A stretch of 58,860 nucleotides of DNA, counting the filler, from Sphacelaria rigidula (Eukaryota): the NCBI GenBank assembly GCA_964200075.2. It is 7 parts of 7 records of this genome, joined end to end, with 100 filler letters (N's around TTAATTAATTAA, not from the genome) between each part and the next. Parts side by side here need not be neighbours in the genome. Positions count along the whole stretch, not along the records: positions 25,271 to 33,593 come from CAXNAA020011522.1; positions 33,694 to 42,016 come from CAXNAA020011523.1; 5 more parts are not named here. One strand, 5' to 3'. The translations under genes and the position numbers were made by a program. This document shows, piece after piece, positions 26,431-36,744 of this stretch (its first letter is position 1; every line of letters begins with the position of its first letter). The notes under the pieces were generated by a model, which had not been told where the DNA came from, did not search any database, and was given only the letters and a program-made list of their open reading frames with translations.

Positions 26431-27152
26431 ACAGTGGATTCTCGAAAATGGGGCTAAAAAAAAAAATGGAGTTCAACTCAAAAGCCGTGCTTTCCCTGAT
26501 TTAAATTCATGACACATATATATATTATTATATGACTTTCACATGGACGAACTCATCCGTCCCGACTTCCGACTGCTGCCGAGATAGCCCCCCCCCAAAA
26601 CCGGCCAAAAACGTGCACGGAGGCGATGATCATAACTGCCGTTAAAGCTGGTTTCGTGCTACATACACGGCGCAATTGATTTGGGCGTTATACAATAGTA
26701 GCTGATTTCGGACTGCTACACGCCTCTCATGCGGGCGACATTGCTGCAAACGAGCCCAATAGTGGGATCGCAGCCGGTTCGTTGGATGGTGCCGGTGCAC
26801 TTTTTGTGGGGGGGCTATCTCGGCATTATTAGTCCTCCCTGAAACTATTTCGGGGGATTGCCGGCCTTCCGTTCCCCCACAGCGTTTCTGTGAAAGCATG
26901 ATTTTTGGGCCAAAAAAGCGGGGTTTTTTTCACCCTGAAATCGAGGCAAAAGTGTGCTTTCGCACACATCCTTCGGGGGAATGGAAGGCTGGAAATCCCC
27001 CGAAAGAGTGCGAGGGCGGTCGGGAGGGATGGAGTCGTTCATATGAAAGCGATTTTCTATGAATTTTGGTCAGGCAAAGCACGGCTTTTGAGTTATTGAA
27101 CCCCATTCTGCATTATTATTTGTTTTCAACCCCATTTTCGAGAATTCACTCT
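26431..27152. mobile_element. MITE with ~130-bp TIRs, carrying a nested MITE
   Basis: agtggattctcgaaaatgggg...actcaaaagccgtgcttt pairs with aaagcacggcttttgagt...ccccattttcgagaattcact. Flanks cattga and tattga are a possible TSD. Confidence 0.75.
26571..26834. mobile_element. GAC-ended MITE, related to the GACAC family
   Basis: TIRs gact...tgccgagatagcccccc and ggggggctatctcggca...agtc. Flanks ttcc and ctcc fit a 4-bp TSD with one mismatch. Confidence 0.65.
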
Positions 27153-27701
27153 TATTGATCGTTCTGAACAGATACATCTTCGTAATCCCCTTTTTTTGAC
27201 AGGGGATTGGCCCCACAACGACCAGTCCCGAGTCCTATCGACAGGCAGTTTCGTCCAGACTGGAACCCAGATCTGCACGCAGGTTGAGAAATGCGGCGGA
27301 TCTGGAAGTGGTCGTTAATCCATGTAGGTCAAACGTCTGTAGTATAATGCCGACATCACACAACAAGGCAACACGACACCTACTTCTCACTCATCAGACC
27401 CGAAAAAAACGGACACACACCCACTACTCACGCGCATTAGTTTCACTGCTAGCCCTTGCTAATCTACACACGGGAGTCTTTGTTTGCCGGAAATCCGTTC
27501 TGTATTGGACGAATGGCGGCCGCATGCGTGTCGAAAACAACCGAAAACGTGTCGTTGCTGACCGTTTTGTGAGCGTGTGCTAGGCGCGCGTTTCACATAA
27601 ATCATCATTTTTCAATGAATTCTCCACAGATTTGAACAAGGTCACGCACAACGGGCACAGCTGATGAGCAGCTACGACTTGAGCTGTATTTTTTTGTTTG
27701 C

Positions 27702-28250
27702 GGTGTTAGATATACAACATATCCACTGAGCTAACAGTCGGCTAAAAAATACAACCGGGGTTTGATCCCTCCGAGGACCATCTTGACGCATTTTTCTGCA
27801 GAATGGACAATCTGAGAAAAAGCCTGGTACACACCAGTGGTCAAAATGAAGGCACATGTTCCCGCCTGTAAGCCGGCGAACCGCTTGGGGCAGCGCTGAT
27901 TAGGGGGAGTACAACCCACGGGTAAAACCGGAGTCCAACTGTCCGACTGTTAGCTCAGTGGATATTATGTTGTATATCTAACACAAGTACAACCGGGGTC
28001 CGAACAGTTGGTTAGACTGTTGGACTCCGGTTTTACCCGTGGGTTGTAATCCCTCCAACCAGCGCTGCTCCAAGCGGTTCGTCGGCTTACAGGCGGGAAC
28101 ATGTGTCTTCATTTTGACCACTGGTGTGTACCAGACTTTTTCTCAGATTGTCCATTCTGCAGAAAAAGGAGTCAAGATGGTCCTCGGAGGGATCGAACCC
28201 CGGTTGTATTTTTGTTAGATGTACAACACATCAACTGAGCTAACAGTCAG
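27702..28250. repeat. Fold-back of tRNA-derived SINE-like units (~199-bp arms at 27745-27943 and 28015-28213)
   Basis: The arms are high-identity reverse complements. The minus-strand unit begins gctgactgttagctcagttg (A-box) and continues to ggttcgatccc (B-box) then acca. The head segment is repeated at 27702-27740 (-) and 27944-27984 (+). Confidence 0.85.
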
Positions 28251-28675
28251 CGACATGCGGGTCCACCAAGTTCCTCAGATCCAGCTGTGATTGTGTTGGC
28301 TTGTGTGCGAAGCCTTTGCGCGTGCCCCTGTCAACGGGACATAAATGTTCCCCTTCGAGGTCCACAGAAATCCCCTGTGGAAGAGGGCATTTCAGGAAGA
28401 AGTGCAAATAAATGCACTTCCCGAAATCCCCTCTGGAGAGAGGATTTCTGTGCACGTTGAGGGCATTATTTTTTGGAGGGGGCTGGTATCGCAGCAAGCA
28501 ATCACGGGTTGCTTTTCAAAAAGGGGATTTTGAGACAGGGGATATCCCCTTAGTTAACCCTTCGACAGCGAGGAGAGTAGGCCATGTGTTGAATCGGCAT
28601 CATCGACGTAACCTTAAAAAATAAGGCACGATCCTGATGGACTACCTCTTTCGCTGTCTGACGGTTTCTGCGAGC

Positions 28676-28715
28676 TGTAGCCAAATGATACCAAGCCGTA
28701 GAGGCAGAGGCTACA
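28676..28715 (+). mobile_element. 40-bp internally collapsed solo LTR with GAGC target-site duplication
   Basis: Sequence is gagc|tgtagccaaatgataccaagccgtagaggcagaggctaca|gagc. The first 26 nt and last 10 nt match the two ends of the LTR at 53624-53881 (-). Confidence 0.85.
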
Positions 28716-29659
28716 GAGCGTAATGCACCTGGATTATGTACACTTTCGCCGAGTGATTTCGATGCCGGCTCAATAGATGGTCGACTCTCGCTGTCCGTCT
28801 ACGAGTAAGGGCTCTTCTTAACGGAAGGGGATAATCCAGAGTTGTGAACGGGTTTCGCTAATCAGTTACTGGTTGCAGAAAATTACAAGCTGTTACACAG
28901 TTACCATCTAAAAGTGGATAACTGGCGGCGAAGCCGCCTCGCGACTTCGCCAGGGTTGCCTGGTAAGGTAACGCGGCGGAGTCGCGCCCCTGGCTGGTGA
29001 GGAGGCCCCGCCGGAGGCGTCGCCGGAGGCGTCGCCGGAGGCAAGAAACTTACACCATTTGGCTTCACATCTCTTCAAAATCGCGGTAAATTCTAGCTCC
29101 CTAACGCCAGCAATTCGAGCACATAATAATCAGTGCACAAAAGTATACATACTGTATGTCACTGAACATTGCGACGTGAATAAAAAAGTAGCGGTGAGAC
29201 AGTAGTGCACCATACATAGCGTCTAGGTGAAGGCCACTTTGTATAACAACCAAATCCGTATTATTTGCACAAATATGAGGATTTCAGCCCGTTTAAATCC
29301 GATTTTTTCCCGAGGATTGATTTTTCGGACCCCAGTCCGTTGGGTAATCTTTTCCGTCTAGCTCTGAAACTGCTGCCCCGAATCCCTCGAAATAAATATT
29401 TTCCCCCACTTTTTGTCCAGACAAAAACGTGACGTAATTTTTGTTCGACCACTTCTTACAGCAACTAAAAAAAGAAACACAGAGTTGCGGCGTCTTGGAC
29501 AGGCGTTTTTAGCTAAGATTCAAATCTGAATTATGTCATCCGCTGCACGATGAAGCAAGCGACTACAGCTTGCCGCACACACGCTCATTCACAACCGCCG
29601 ACGCACACCACAGCCCACAGCAGCTCATCCACAAGCAAGCACCACCACTACCAAGGAAT

Positions 29660-30370
29660 ACATGGCGGCCGCAATCATCCTACCCTACCCGAGTATGGTT
29701 CAGTGGGCATACGACAGGGTACATGTGTACCACAGCAACACGATCAGCCCCAACGTCCTCAATGCGCACCAGGGCATCGCGATCACCTACAGCGCGCTGG
29801 CTGTGAAAAACAGCGCACGATGAGTGCAGCCGATCGCAATGATCATATGACGAGTACATTTTTGAACTGTGCAGCGGAGGGCTAAATCAAGTGGCTCGAT
29901 AGCAACGACGTTCAAAAGCCGTGTGGGCTTCACGTGGAGGCACTGCGCCATGCCACGCTCAGCTCAGGTGAGGGTTTGGATTTGTGCCCCCACACGCATG
30001 TTGGTTGTTGAATGCCGATTGCAATCGCCTGCTACGCTACAACACAATGCGAGTACGCACGATCGTGAAGACGGTCGTGCTGGTAGGGCATTCTGCCGGG
30101 GAGGTGACCGTGCTGCACTCGTGACACTACAGAGTGTCTTATAAATTGCACCGCAACAGTAGGATTTAAAATATGCGGAGGATCTCGGATATTACTTGAG
30201 TACAATATAGAGGTCTCCGTAGTCGCCGCACAAGTCAGTAACGGTAACTGGTAAAGGATAGTATGAGGCGCACACTTCGAGTGGAACCCAGCGCCAATGA
30301 AATGCGACCTTGGTGTGAACTATGCAGTAAAACACGCTGGTGATTGGCTCGCAGACTCCAGTCACACCTA
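29660..30370 (+). pseudogene. Highly decayed PIF/Harbinger (DDE_Tnp_4-type) nuclease, probably intron-containing
   Basis: Frameshifted motifs in the expected order: GF-VDGT-like (ggcttc..gtgga-ggcact, ~29925-29944), KTVVL.(D)GI (~30070-30095), G-DLGY (~30177-30192), R..EW (~30270-30285) and L.IGSQTPV (~30340-30363). Confidence 0.5.
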
Positions 30371-31349
30371 TAGCCTACGTTCTACAGTACAGGAGTGAAC
30401 AATACAGTAGAGCCGGGGCAAATACAACAGCAGCATAGAAACGAAGCGACAAGCAGACCAGCAGACAGCGAGGGTTACAATGCCACCCCAGGGGGTCATT
30501 GCGATGCTCGTGTTTCTGTATACTCCCATCTTAGTGTGGCTGGTTGTGTCTTCCCGCCGCCGCTACTGCTGCCGCCGATGCCAGCTGCAGCGGCCCCCAC
30601 GCTGACGGGTGCAAGCAGCACCACGGCTTTCCCCCCCTAGTTCTTCGCCTTATTAAAAACGGATCCTTAGTGTTTGCCGGGTGCCGATCTTGAACGCTCG
30701 GCCATAATCGCCCTTCGCGCAAAAAGAAATCATTCACTACAGAATCATCCTAGTATTACCCGTCAGGTTGGGCCGATCTCACCAGATCGCGGTTGGGGGA
30801 GAAAACACCTACGCAATGATCGAAATCGCCGTGCAAGCGATGGCATCCTGAACTCTCGTCCCTCGCGCATCCACGTATACAGGCAAGGAACGGCAGACCA
30901 AGACTTTTACCGACACAGCTTCTGCCGTCTAGAATCGGTGGGAAACCATCAAGAAGGAGGTCAAACAAGACCTAGTCGCCGTTATTGGCAGGTGAGGATC
31001 TGCGATGTTTTCGTGGGATCGGGAGTAAAGGATAAGAGAGTGAGAAGCGGTGAATCAACGAATGAATCGTTTCGGTTCCGAAATGTACCGCGAGGCCCGA
31101 TTCGCTTTTTGTAGTAGCTTCTCACTGAAGCCCTTGATATCCCTCAGTAGGACATCGACATGTAGCTATACGCACACGCCAGTATTACAGGCAAAGACAA
31201 GCACGAACAGAATGAAAAATTGGTCAACAAAAGTGGATGATAAAACCCACTCTCAATCAACGCTCTACTCTTAATCTCAAAACATATTATTGATCGCGAG
31301 TTCGCAAATTCGAAGTTTATTCGGTGGGCGTAGGTGGACAACTCTAGTA

Positions 31350-32798
31350 TGTTTGCACCTTACGCTGGAGGGTGGAGTTCAGCGGCGATGCTGTCGTCAG
31401 AATGTACGCAGGAAGGAGCGGTTTGCGTAGGGGCTTTTGTGTGCAAGACGTCATGAACGGTGTATCCGAGGGCCGTTTCGTTGCGGACGATACACCGCAG
31501 CACAGGACGATCAGGGGACCACGATTGGGCTGCGCGGGAACACCAATCACCAGCGGGGAGCGCTGACGGGATCCGACCGCACCGCCGCAGTTTATTTCCG
31601 ATTTTATTTTGTCACGGTGCCGCTCGGTGCGCTTTTATTTCCGTGAAGCACAGATGTGCTGCTACCTTCCCGACCTATTGCATATACACTTGACCGCTAA
31701 TTGTGCGTTTGACTGACGCCGCTGCCGTTGTTGTATTTTCTCATGCAGCAAAGTAAAGGTTGGCGACAAACTTCCCTCCGGTTAACAAATGCCGGATCTC
31801 ATGGGGCGTCTTATGGTGCATGTCTGGACTGTTACGCAGAGAAAAACGATGGAGGATTGGAAGAAGCGGCAATCGCAGAAGACGGTGAGGAAAAAGTGTG
31901 ACTCGACAGACATGTCGTTGAAGGGCGGCGAGGACGTGAGTCAGGGTGGGACAACCGACGGCGGGGCACGTGCGATGCCCAAGGACTGGGTTCCCCCTCA
32001 TCTACTCGTCTATGCCTTCTGGGGTCCGCAGAGTGCGGTTCCTGAGCAGGAATTCGACCTGCTGACCTCCAGTGGGCTGGATAGGAAGAAGCGGCGAGTT
32101 TCCACCTAGACCGAAGCTGGCACCCCCGCGGACGGAGACAGCGCCGACGATCCGCCGGTGAATGCCGTTGAGTCGCCGAAGGCAATGAAGAAGCTCGACG
32201 ACGACGGCGGCATGATGAGCCGCCGAAGCCTGTTGAAGGAGAAGAAGGAGAAAAGCGCGGAGGAAAAAAACGCGTCGCCATTTTCGCCGCACAGCGCGAT
32301 AAAACCATAACCGCAATGCAGGGAGCCGTGAAACAAGCGTCGCAACTTCGGGCAGAGGTTGCCAGGGTGGCGGAGGTGTAGGAGCACCACCAAGAGGTGC
32401 GCATGCTGCAGAGCAGCGTATCTGTTTTGAAGGAGCTAGGGAGAGCCGTCGAGGCGAAGGAGAAGCTGGCCGAGCTGCTGCAGATTCTGAACGGCACCTC
32501 GGTCGAGAACTCTGCAGCCGCTTGTACCGAGACCGTTGAAGTTCCAGCAAAATCAAAGCTCGAATCGCCCGGCCTACCTACCGACACCGACGTGACGGAG
32601 ACCCAACCAACCTCGGATGCGAGCGAATATCTGATTGAGGGCGACGGCTGTGGAGAGTATCAGTGTCCGCGCGGAGCTAGTCCGAGCAGCCACGTCGGGG
32701 TTGGAGAGGGGGAGGGAGGGCAAGAGCGTGCGCAGGAGAGGGCCGCAACAGATGTCCGCCATCGGAGGGACAATGCAGACCTCATCGACGTTGCCTGA
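31350..32798 (+). pseudogene. Decayed charged/coiled-coil protein, possibly the Harbinger accessory (DNA-binding) ORF
   Basis: Protein-like segments 31789-32109 (MPKDWVPPHLLVYAFWGP...RKKRR), a continuation with stops and a frameshift, and 32397-32798 (LKELGRAVEAKEKLAELLQIL). It lies next to the nuclease relic. Confidence 0.4.
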
Positions 32799-34351
32799 CT
32801 TTTGCCACACGGAGGGGTGCGGTTGTACGTCATTTGACTCCGTTTGTTTGTTCACGCATATATTTCCCTTCAAGTTTTTGTTTTTGATCTTGTCTCGGTG
32901 CTGGCTACGTTTGTTTGCGAGTCCGTTCCTTTATCCATGTTTTCTTTTGTAATGGTTTCATATTTTCCTCTACCTCTCTGTTTTGTCGACTAAAAAGCGA
33001 CTGAGCGAGGATGGGTGTGGTCTTCGGGGGTCGGTCGATGTGCGACAAAATCGCAGAAAAAGAGGAAGATGCATATTGTGTTTGTACGAGAGATCGGCGA
33101 AGCATTTGTTCCTTCGATTTTGTTCCACGGGAGTTCGTGGCCGGATTTTTATTCCCCTTTTTTGTTTTTGAAGTTTGGTCTGAGACGATTTCTTTTGTGT
33201 TCTATTTTCTATATTCATTTTTATCAAGCACACCCATTTTGTTGACCGCGTCAACATCGATGTAGCGGAGATGGGTGGGGCCTGTTTTTCTTTTCACAGC
33301 GAGTATTTCAATTTTGGTCTGTCTGGGGTACGTCTATCGTGTGACCACGGCTGGATCATGATCCCTGGGGTCCGTCAAAGCACGACAATCAATTAAATAA
33401 ATCAATTTCTATTTGATTCCTCACGAGCACTAGCCCGGATTGCTGCACCCTCTCCTGAAACCTGTCGGTTGAACTGTCTCGCCGGATTTTCGGCCATATA
33501 ACGGCCGATGCCATAAGATATGTCGCGGCTATACACGGCAATTGGTCTACGTGCGAAGGAAAGGAAGGTGGAGAAGGAATGGTGCTTGGGGGGNNNNNNN
33601 NNNNNNNNNNNNNNNNNNNNNNNNNNNNNNNNNNNNNTTAATTAATTAANNNNNNNNNNNNNNNNNNNNNNNNNNNNNNNNNNNNNNNNNNNNCCCCCCC
33701 CCCCCCCCCGAGGGGGGGGCTGGCGTAGACGGAAAAAAAGCACAAAAACAAAAAAAGAACCCCCCCCCCCCCCCCCCCCCCCCCCTATGGCCGGCATGAC
33801 CCACTCGTCATCCTCCGCCACATCCCACCCCTTCTCTTCAACACTACCTATCTCGTCATCGCCACCTTCTCCATCCACCACGGTCTACCTGAGGTTCGGG
33901 TTGGGGCTGAGCAGCTTCCAAGCTTGCCAACCATGGGCGTCTTGAACAAAAACTCGCGTGAAGGCGCCTTCGCCACTACTACTCGCATGTGTCCGGTGCA
34001 CTCTTTTTTACGGGGGTACAGCTACACTCTTTCTGGGGCAGTCCGATCCGCTCCTACATTTCGTTCGTCGTACAGTACAATAATACTTGCTGAGAAAGTC
34101 ATCTCATCTTGAAAACCCGAAATGAAGTAACGCGGGAGATATGGACTAAAACCTGCACGAAGATTTCCAGTTCTTCGGAAACCTGACCAAGACATTTTTG
34201 CGCACGATGAAAAAAACATAGGCGATGACTGACGTACCACCCCCCCCTTCTTTTATGTGAGCTGTTTGAAGCAAGCTCGCTCACCTGCATGCAGCAGTGT
34301 GCGGACGCGCAGGTGGCCACTGTATCGCGAGGCGTCGTTGCCGTTAGTTAG

Positions 34352-34460
34352 CCCTTTGACTGCGAGCGGTGGTCGCTTGGTCAATCGGCATTACTTTTAT
34401 TCCTTTGTCGAGTGAAAGGTTATGACGAGTCACGAATGAACCACGCTCACAGTCAGAGGG
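34352..34460. mobile_element. 109-bp piggyBac-like MITE
   Basis: ttag|ccctttgactgcgagcg ... cgctcacagtcagaggg|ttaa: CCC/GGG termini with a TTAA-type TSD (left copy TTAG). Confidence 0.7.
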
Positions 34461-34818
34461 TTAACATATCCGTAATAGGGCACAAGAAAAGACATCGGTA
34501 CGCTACAAGGTACTCGACAACCATGACCACTCGGTAGTCGACGGAACTTCTTTTGAGCCGCCCGCGAACCGCCACTGCGTATCTCACGCGGCAACAATTT
34601 GAACGGACGAAGGCCCATTGTTTCCTGCCCAGCCCACTACAAGGTGGATGCTACAGGCAGATTTTCACCCTGTCGTGGCCAGAACGAGGGAACAAAGAAT
34701 GGTGCAGCAATCGTTCACCCAGCATTGACCTTGCACCAGGGATGTGCTCGATCCGACCGCTGCTGTTGCTCCCGCGACAGAACCGCACCTTGTGCTGACA
34801 GAATAAAATACCGTACGG

Positions 34819-35763
34819 TCATAGACCGAAACGTTTTGAGAACGTTATCACGTTCCTGCCTCGCCTATAAGACACTTGCATACCCTCTCCTTGCCACGCC
34901 CAGCTCTTCCCCGGGCGACTCGCTGCGTCCCATTCAAACTTGCTTATACTGTGCAGGATCCTCCACGACTTTGCGTCTCCCTTCGAGTCCAGTGCGGTCA
35001 TGACGACGACTCCGGTCCGGCCATTCGGAGAGCCTTCGCGTAGTTTCTCTAGAAGAAGCTGGCCGTGTGGACCCCTGCATCCGCTCGGGATATCAGTAGC
35101 GGGGTTGTTGGGTAGTAGGTTACAGCTGAATAAGGTAACGGTAATCCGGCGTCCATCGACGATAGAGTACTGCGTGCCCTTCCCTCGCCAAGCCCAACTT
35201 TTATCTAGACCCGTTGCTAACCGTTCGGCCTTGGGCCGATCAAATATACTCCAATCGGCACCTGTACGTCTCATTCCCCACACGTAACCTACTCCGTTTC
35301 GACCGTTTGGATACGTTCGTTTCAGCGCCTCGAGGAGACACGTACCCTGAGGGCTCAGGCAGCCACTCGGCACGGGCGGGTCGACGGACGGACGAGCTGA
35401 TCGTGCTGCACGAGGTTTCGACATGTGTGTAAAGGTAACGGTGTTCCTTCCCCCTTCACGAGACACCTCCATACCCTCGCCTTGCCACGCCCAATTCTTC
35501 CCCTCCTCCGATGCGTTCCATTCGATCTTGGTCCTACTATAAACAATCGTCCACCTCTTGCTACCACTACGCTTTGGAGAGTTTGTGTTCATCATGACAG
35601 CCACTCCGTTTCGGCCGTCCGGGTAGCGTTGTCGTAACTTTTCCAGCAGAAGCGGGCCGCGCGGGCCCTTGCTACCGCAGGAAATGAGGGCGTCCGGTGG
35701 GTCGTCATCGGGGCATTTCGTGGACTCTGGCGAAGAGGAACTGCTTGGTGATAGGGTATTCAT
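34819..35763 (-). CDS. Hypothetical protein with three tandem copies of an unrecognised ~85-aa domain
   Basis: Open frame of 327 codons, with the first ATG at 35763; it could instead be a large exon. Repeat consensus is G..(G/S)P.G..LLE.L....P(N/D)GR.GV ... W.I ... K(S/N)WAW.G.G...S...GR...(V/I)T. Confidence 0.8.
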   Translation of the reverse strand: MNTLSPSSSSSPESTKCPDDDPPDALISCGSKGPRGPLLLEKLRQRYPDGRNGVAVMMNTNSPKRSGSKRWTIVYSRTKIEWNASEEGKNWAWQGEGMEVSREGGRNTVTFTHMSKPRAARSARPSVDPPVPSGCLSPQGTCLLEALKRTYPNGRNGVGYVWGMRRTGADWSIFDRPKAERLATGLDKSWAWRGKGTQYSIVDGRRITVTLFSCNLLPNNPATDIPSGCRGPHGQLLLEKLREGSPNGRTGVVVMTALDSKGDAKSWRILHSISKFEWDAASRPGKSWAWQGEGMQVSYRRGRNVITFSKRFGL

Positions 35764-36192
35764 AGCGGGTCTTGACACGGAAGTTATTTTCACTGGCGGC
35801 ACGACGTAAGGAGAGCAGCACAGTGGACGTGAAGCACGGGCAGATGTTTGTTAACTGTGCAACGGAAAGATTGAAATCTGGTTCAGTGTCAGCATGCACG
35901 GTGATTTTCACAACAACGAAATGCGCCGGGTGTGGAGCATCCTGCACAATAATCGGTGACAGCGGCTGTGAAAGTCTAAAGAAAAGGGAATACAGAAAAT
36001 AGATAAAGCAAGCTAGTACAGTAACCTTTACGCATATACTGGCGTATGTAGTTAGGTAGGGTCACGTTTGCTATTAAACAAACCGAAAAAAAACCTGCAG
36101 TCCTGAACGGGTCAAAGAGAAAATACACAGACAGCGACCAGTACAACATCGAATAATATTCACTCCCATGTGCTGCTCATAGTAAAGGTAAA

Positions 36193-36744
36193 ATGGAAGT
36201 TGAAACATTGTTCTACACACAGCTAGGCAAGAATGAGGACACGGGGAAGGCCGCGCCTTGTGCTACGGAAACAATCAGTGTAAAAAAAACCTTCTTGATC
36301 ATTTCGGGACAGATGTCTCGAACACTTTTTCTTGCGGGACGTTTCTCCGAAATCTGCCGTTTTGAAAATGAGAAATTTCTCATCAAAAGCCATTTCTCGG
36401 CTATCGTTTTGGAAATGCCTCAACTTTTCAAACGGTATGCCAAACACGCCTCCATATGCACGCTGCAGGTCAGGAATATGGAGTGTGAAGACCCTCTGTG
36501 TAGATCTGACGACATCATAGCAGTTGGGTTGGCCATGGTACATCACATTTACAACAACATGGCGATCGCGATGAATCAGATGGCCGTCGACGACCACATC
36601 ACATTGTTGACGTTTTTTCGGCGACAAATTGCTGATTACTTCGACACCGCTTTGTCCCTGCGATGGAGGCTTCGTGGCTGCGCCACAGATCTTCTGCGTG
36701 ACACGACGTGTATGCCATTCTGCCTACTGTACTGTCGTCCATGA
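36193..36744 (+). CDS. Hypothetical ORF (183 aa)
   Basis: ATG-started open frame with no recognisable motif; it may be spurious or a TE fragment. Confidence 0.2.
   Translation: MEVETLFYTQLGKNEDTGKAAPCATETISVKKTFLIISGQMSRTLFLAGRFSEICRFENEKFLIKSHFSAIVLEMPQLFKRYAKHASICTLQVRNMECEDPLCRSDDIIAVGLAMVHHIYNNMAIAMNQMAVDDHITLLTFFRRQIADYFDTALSLRWRLRGCATDLLRDTTCMPFCLLYCRP

Noticed and set aside
27160-27350. Weak Tc1-like 'SPD.NP.E..W' resemblance on the minus strand
   Set aside because: It needs several substitutions and is too weak to call.
28175-28250. Functional tRNA gene
   Set aside because: A/B boxes are present, but there is no convincing acceptor stem or anticodon arm and the unit is fused to a repeated body. 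Treated as SINE-like.
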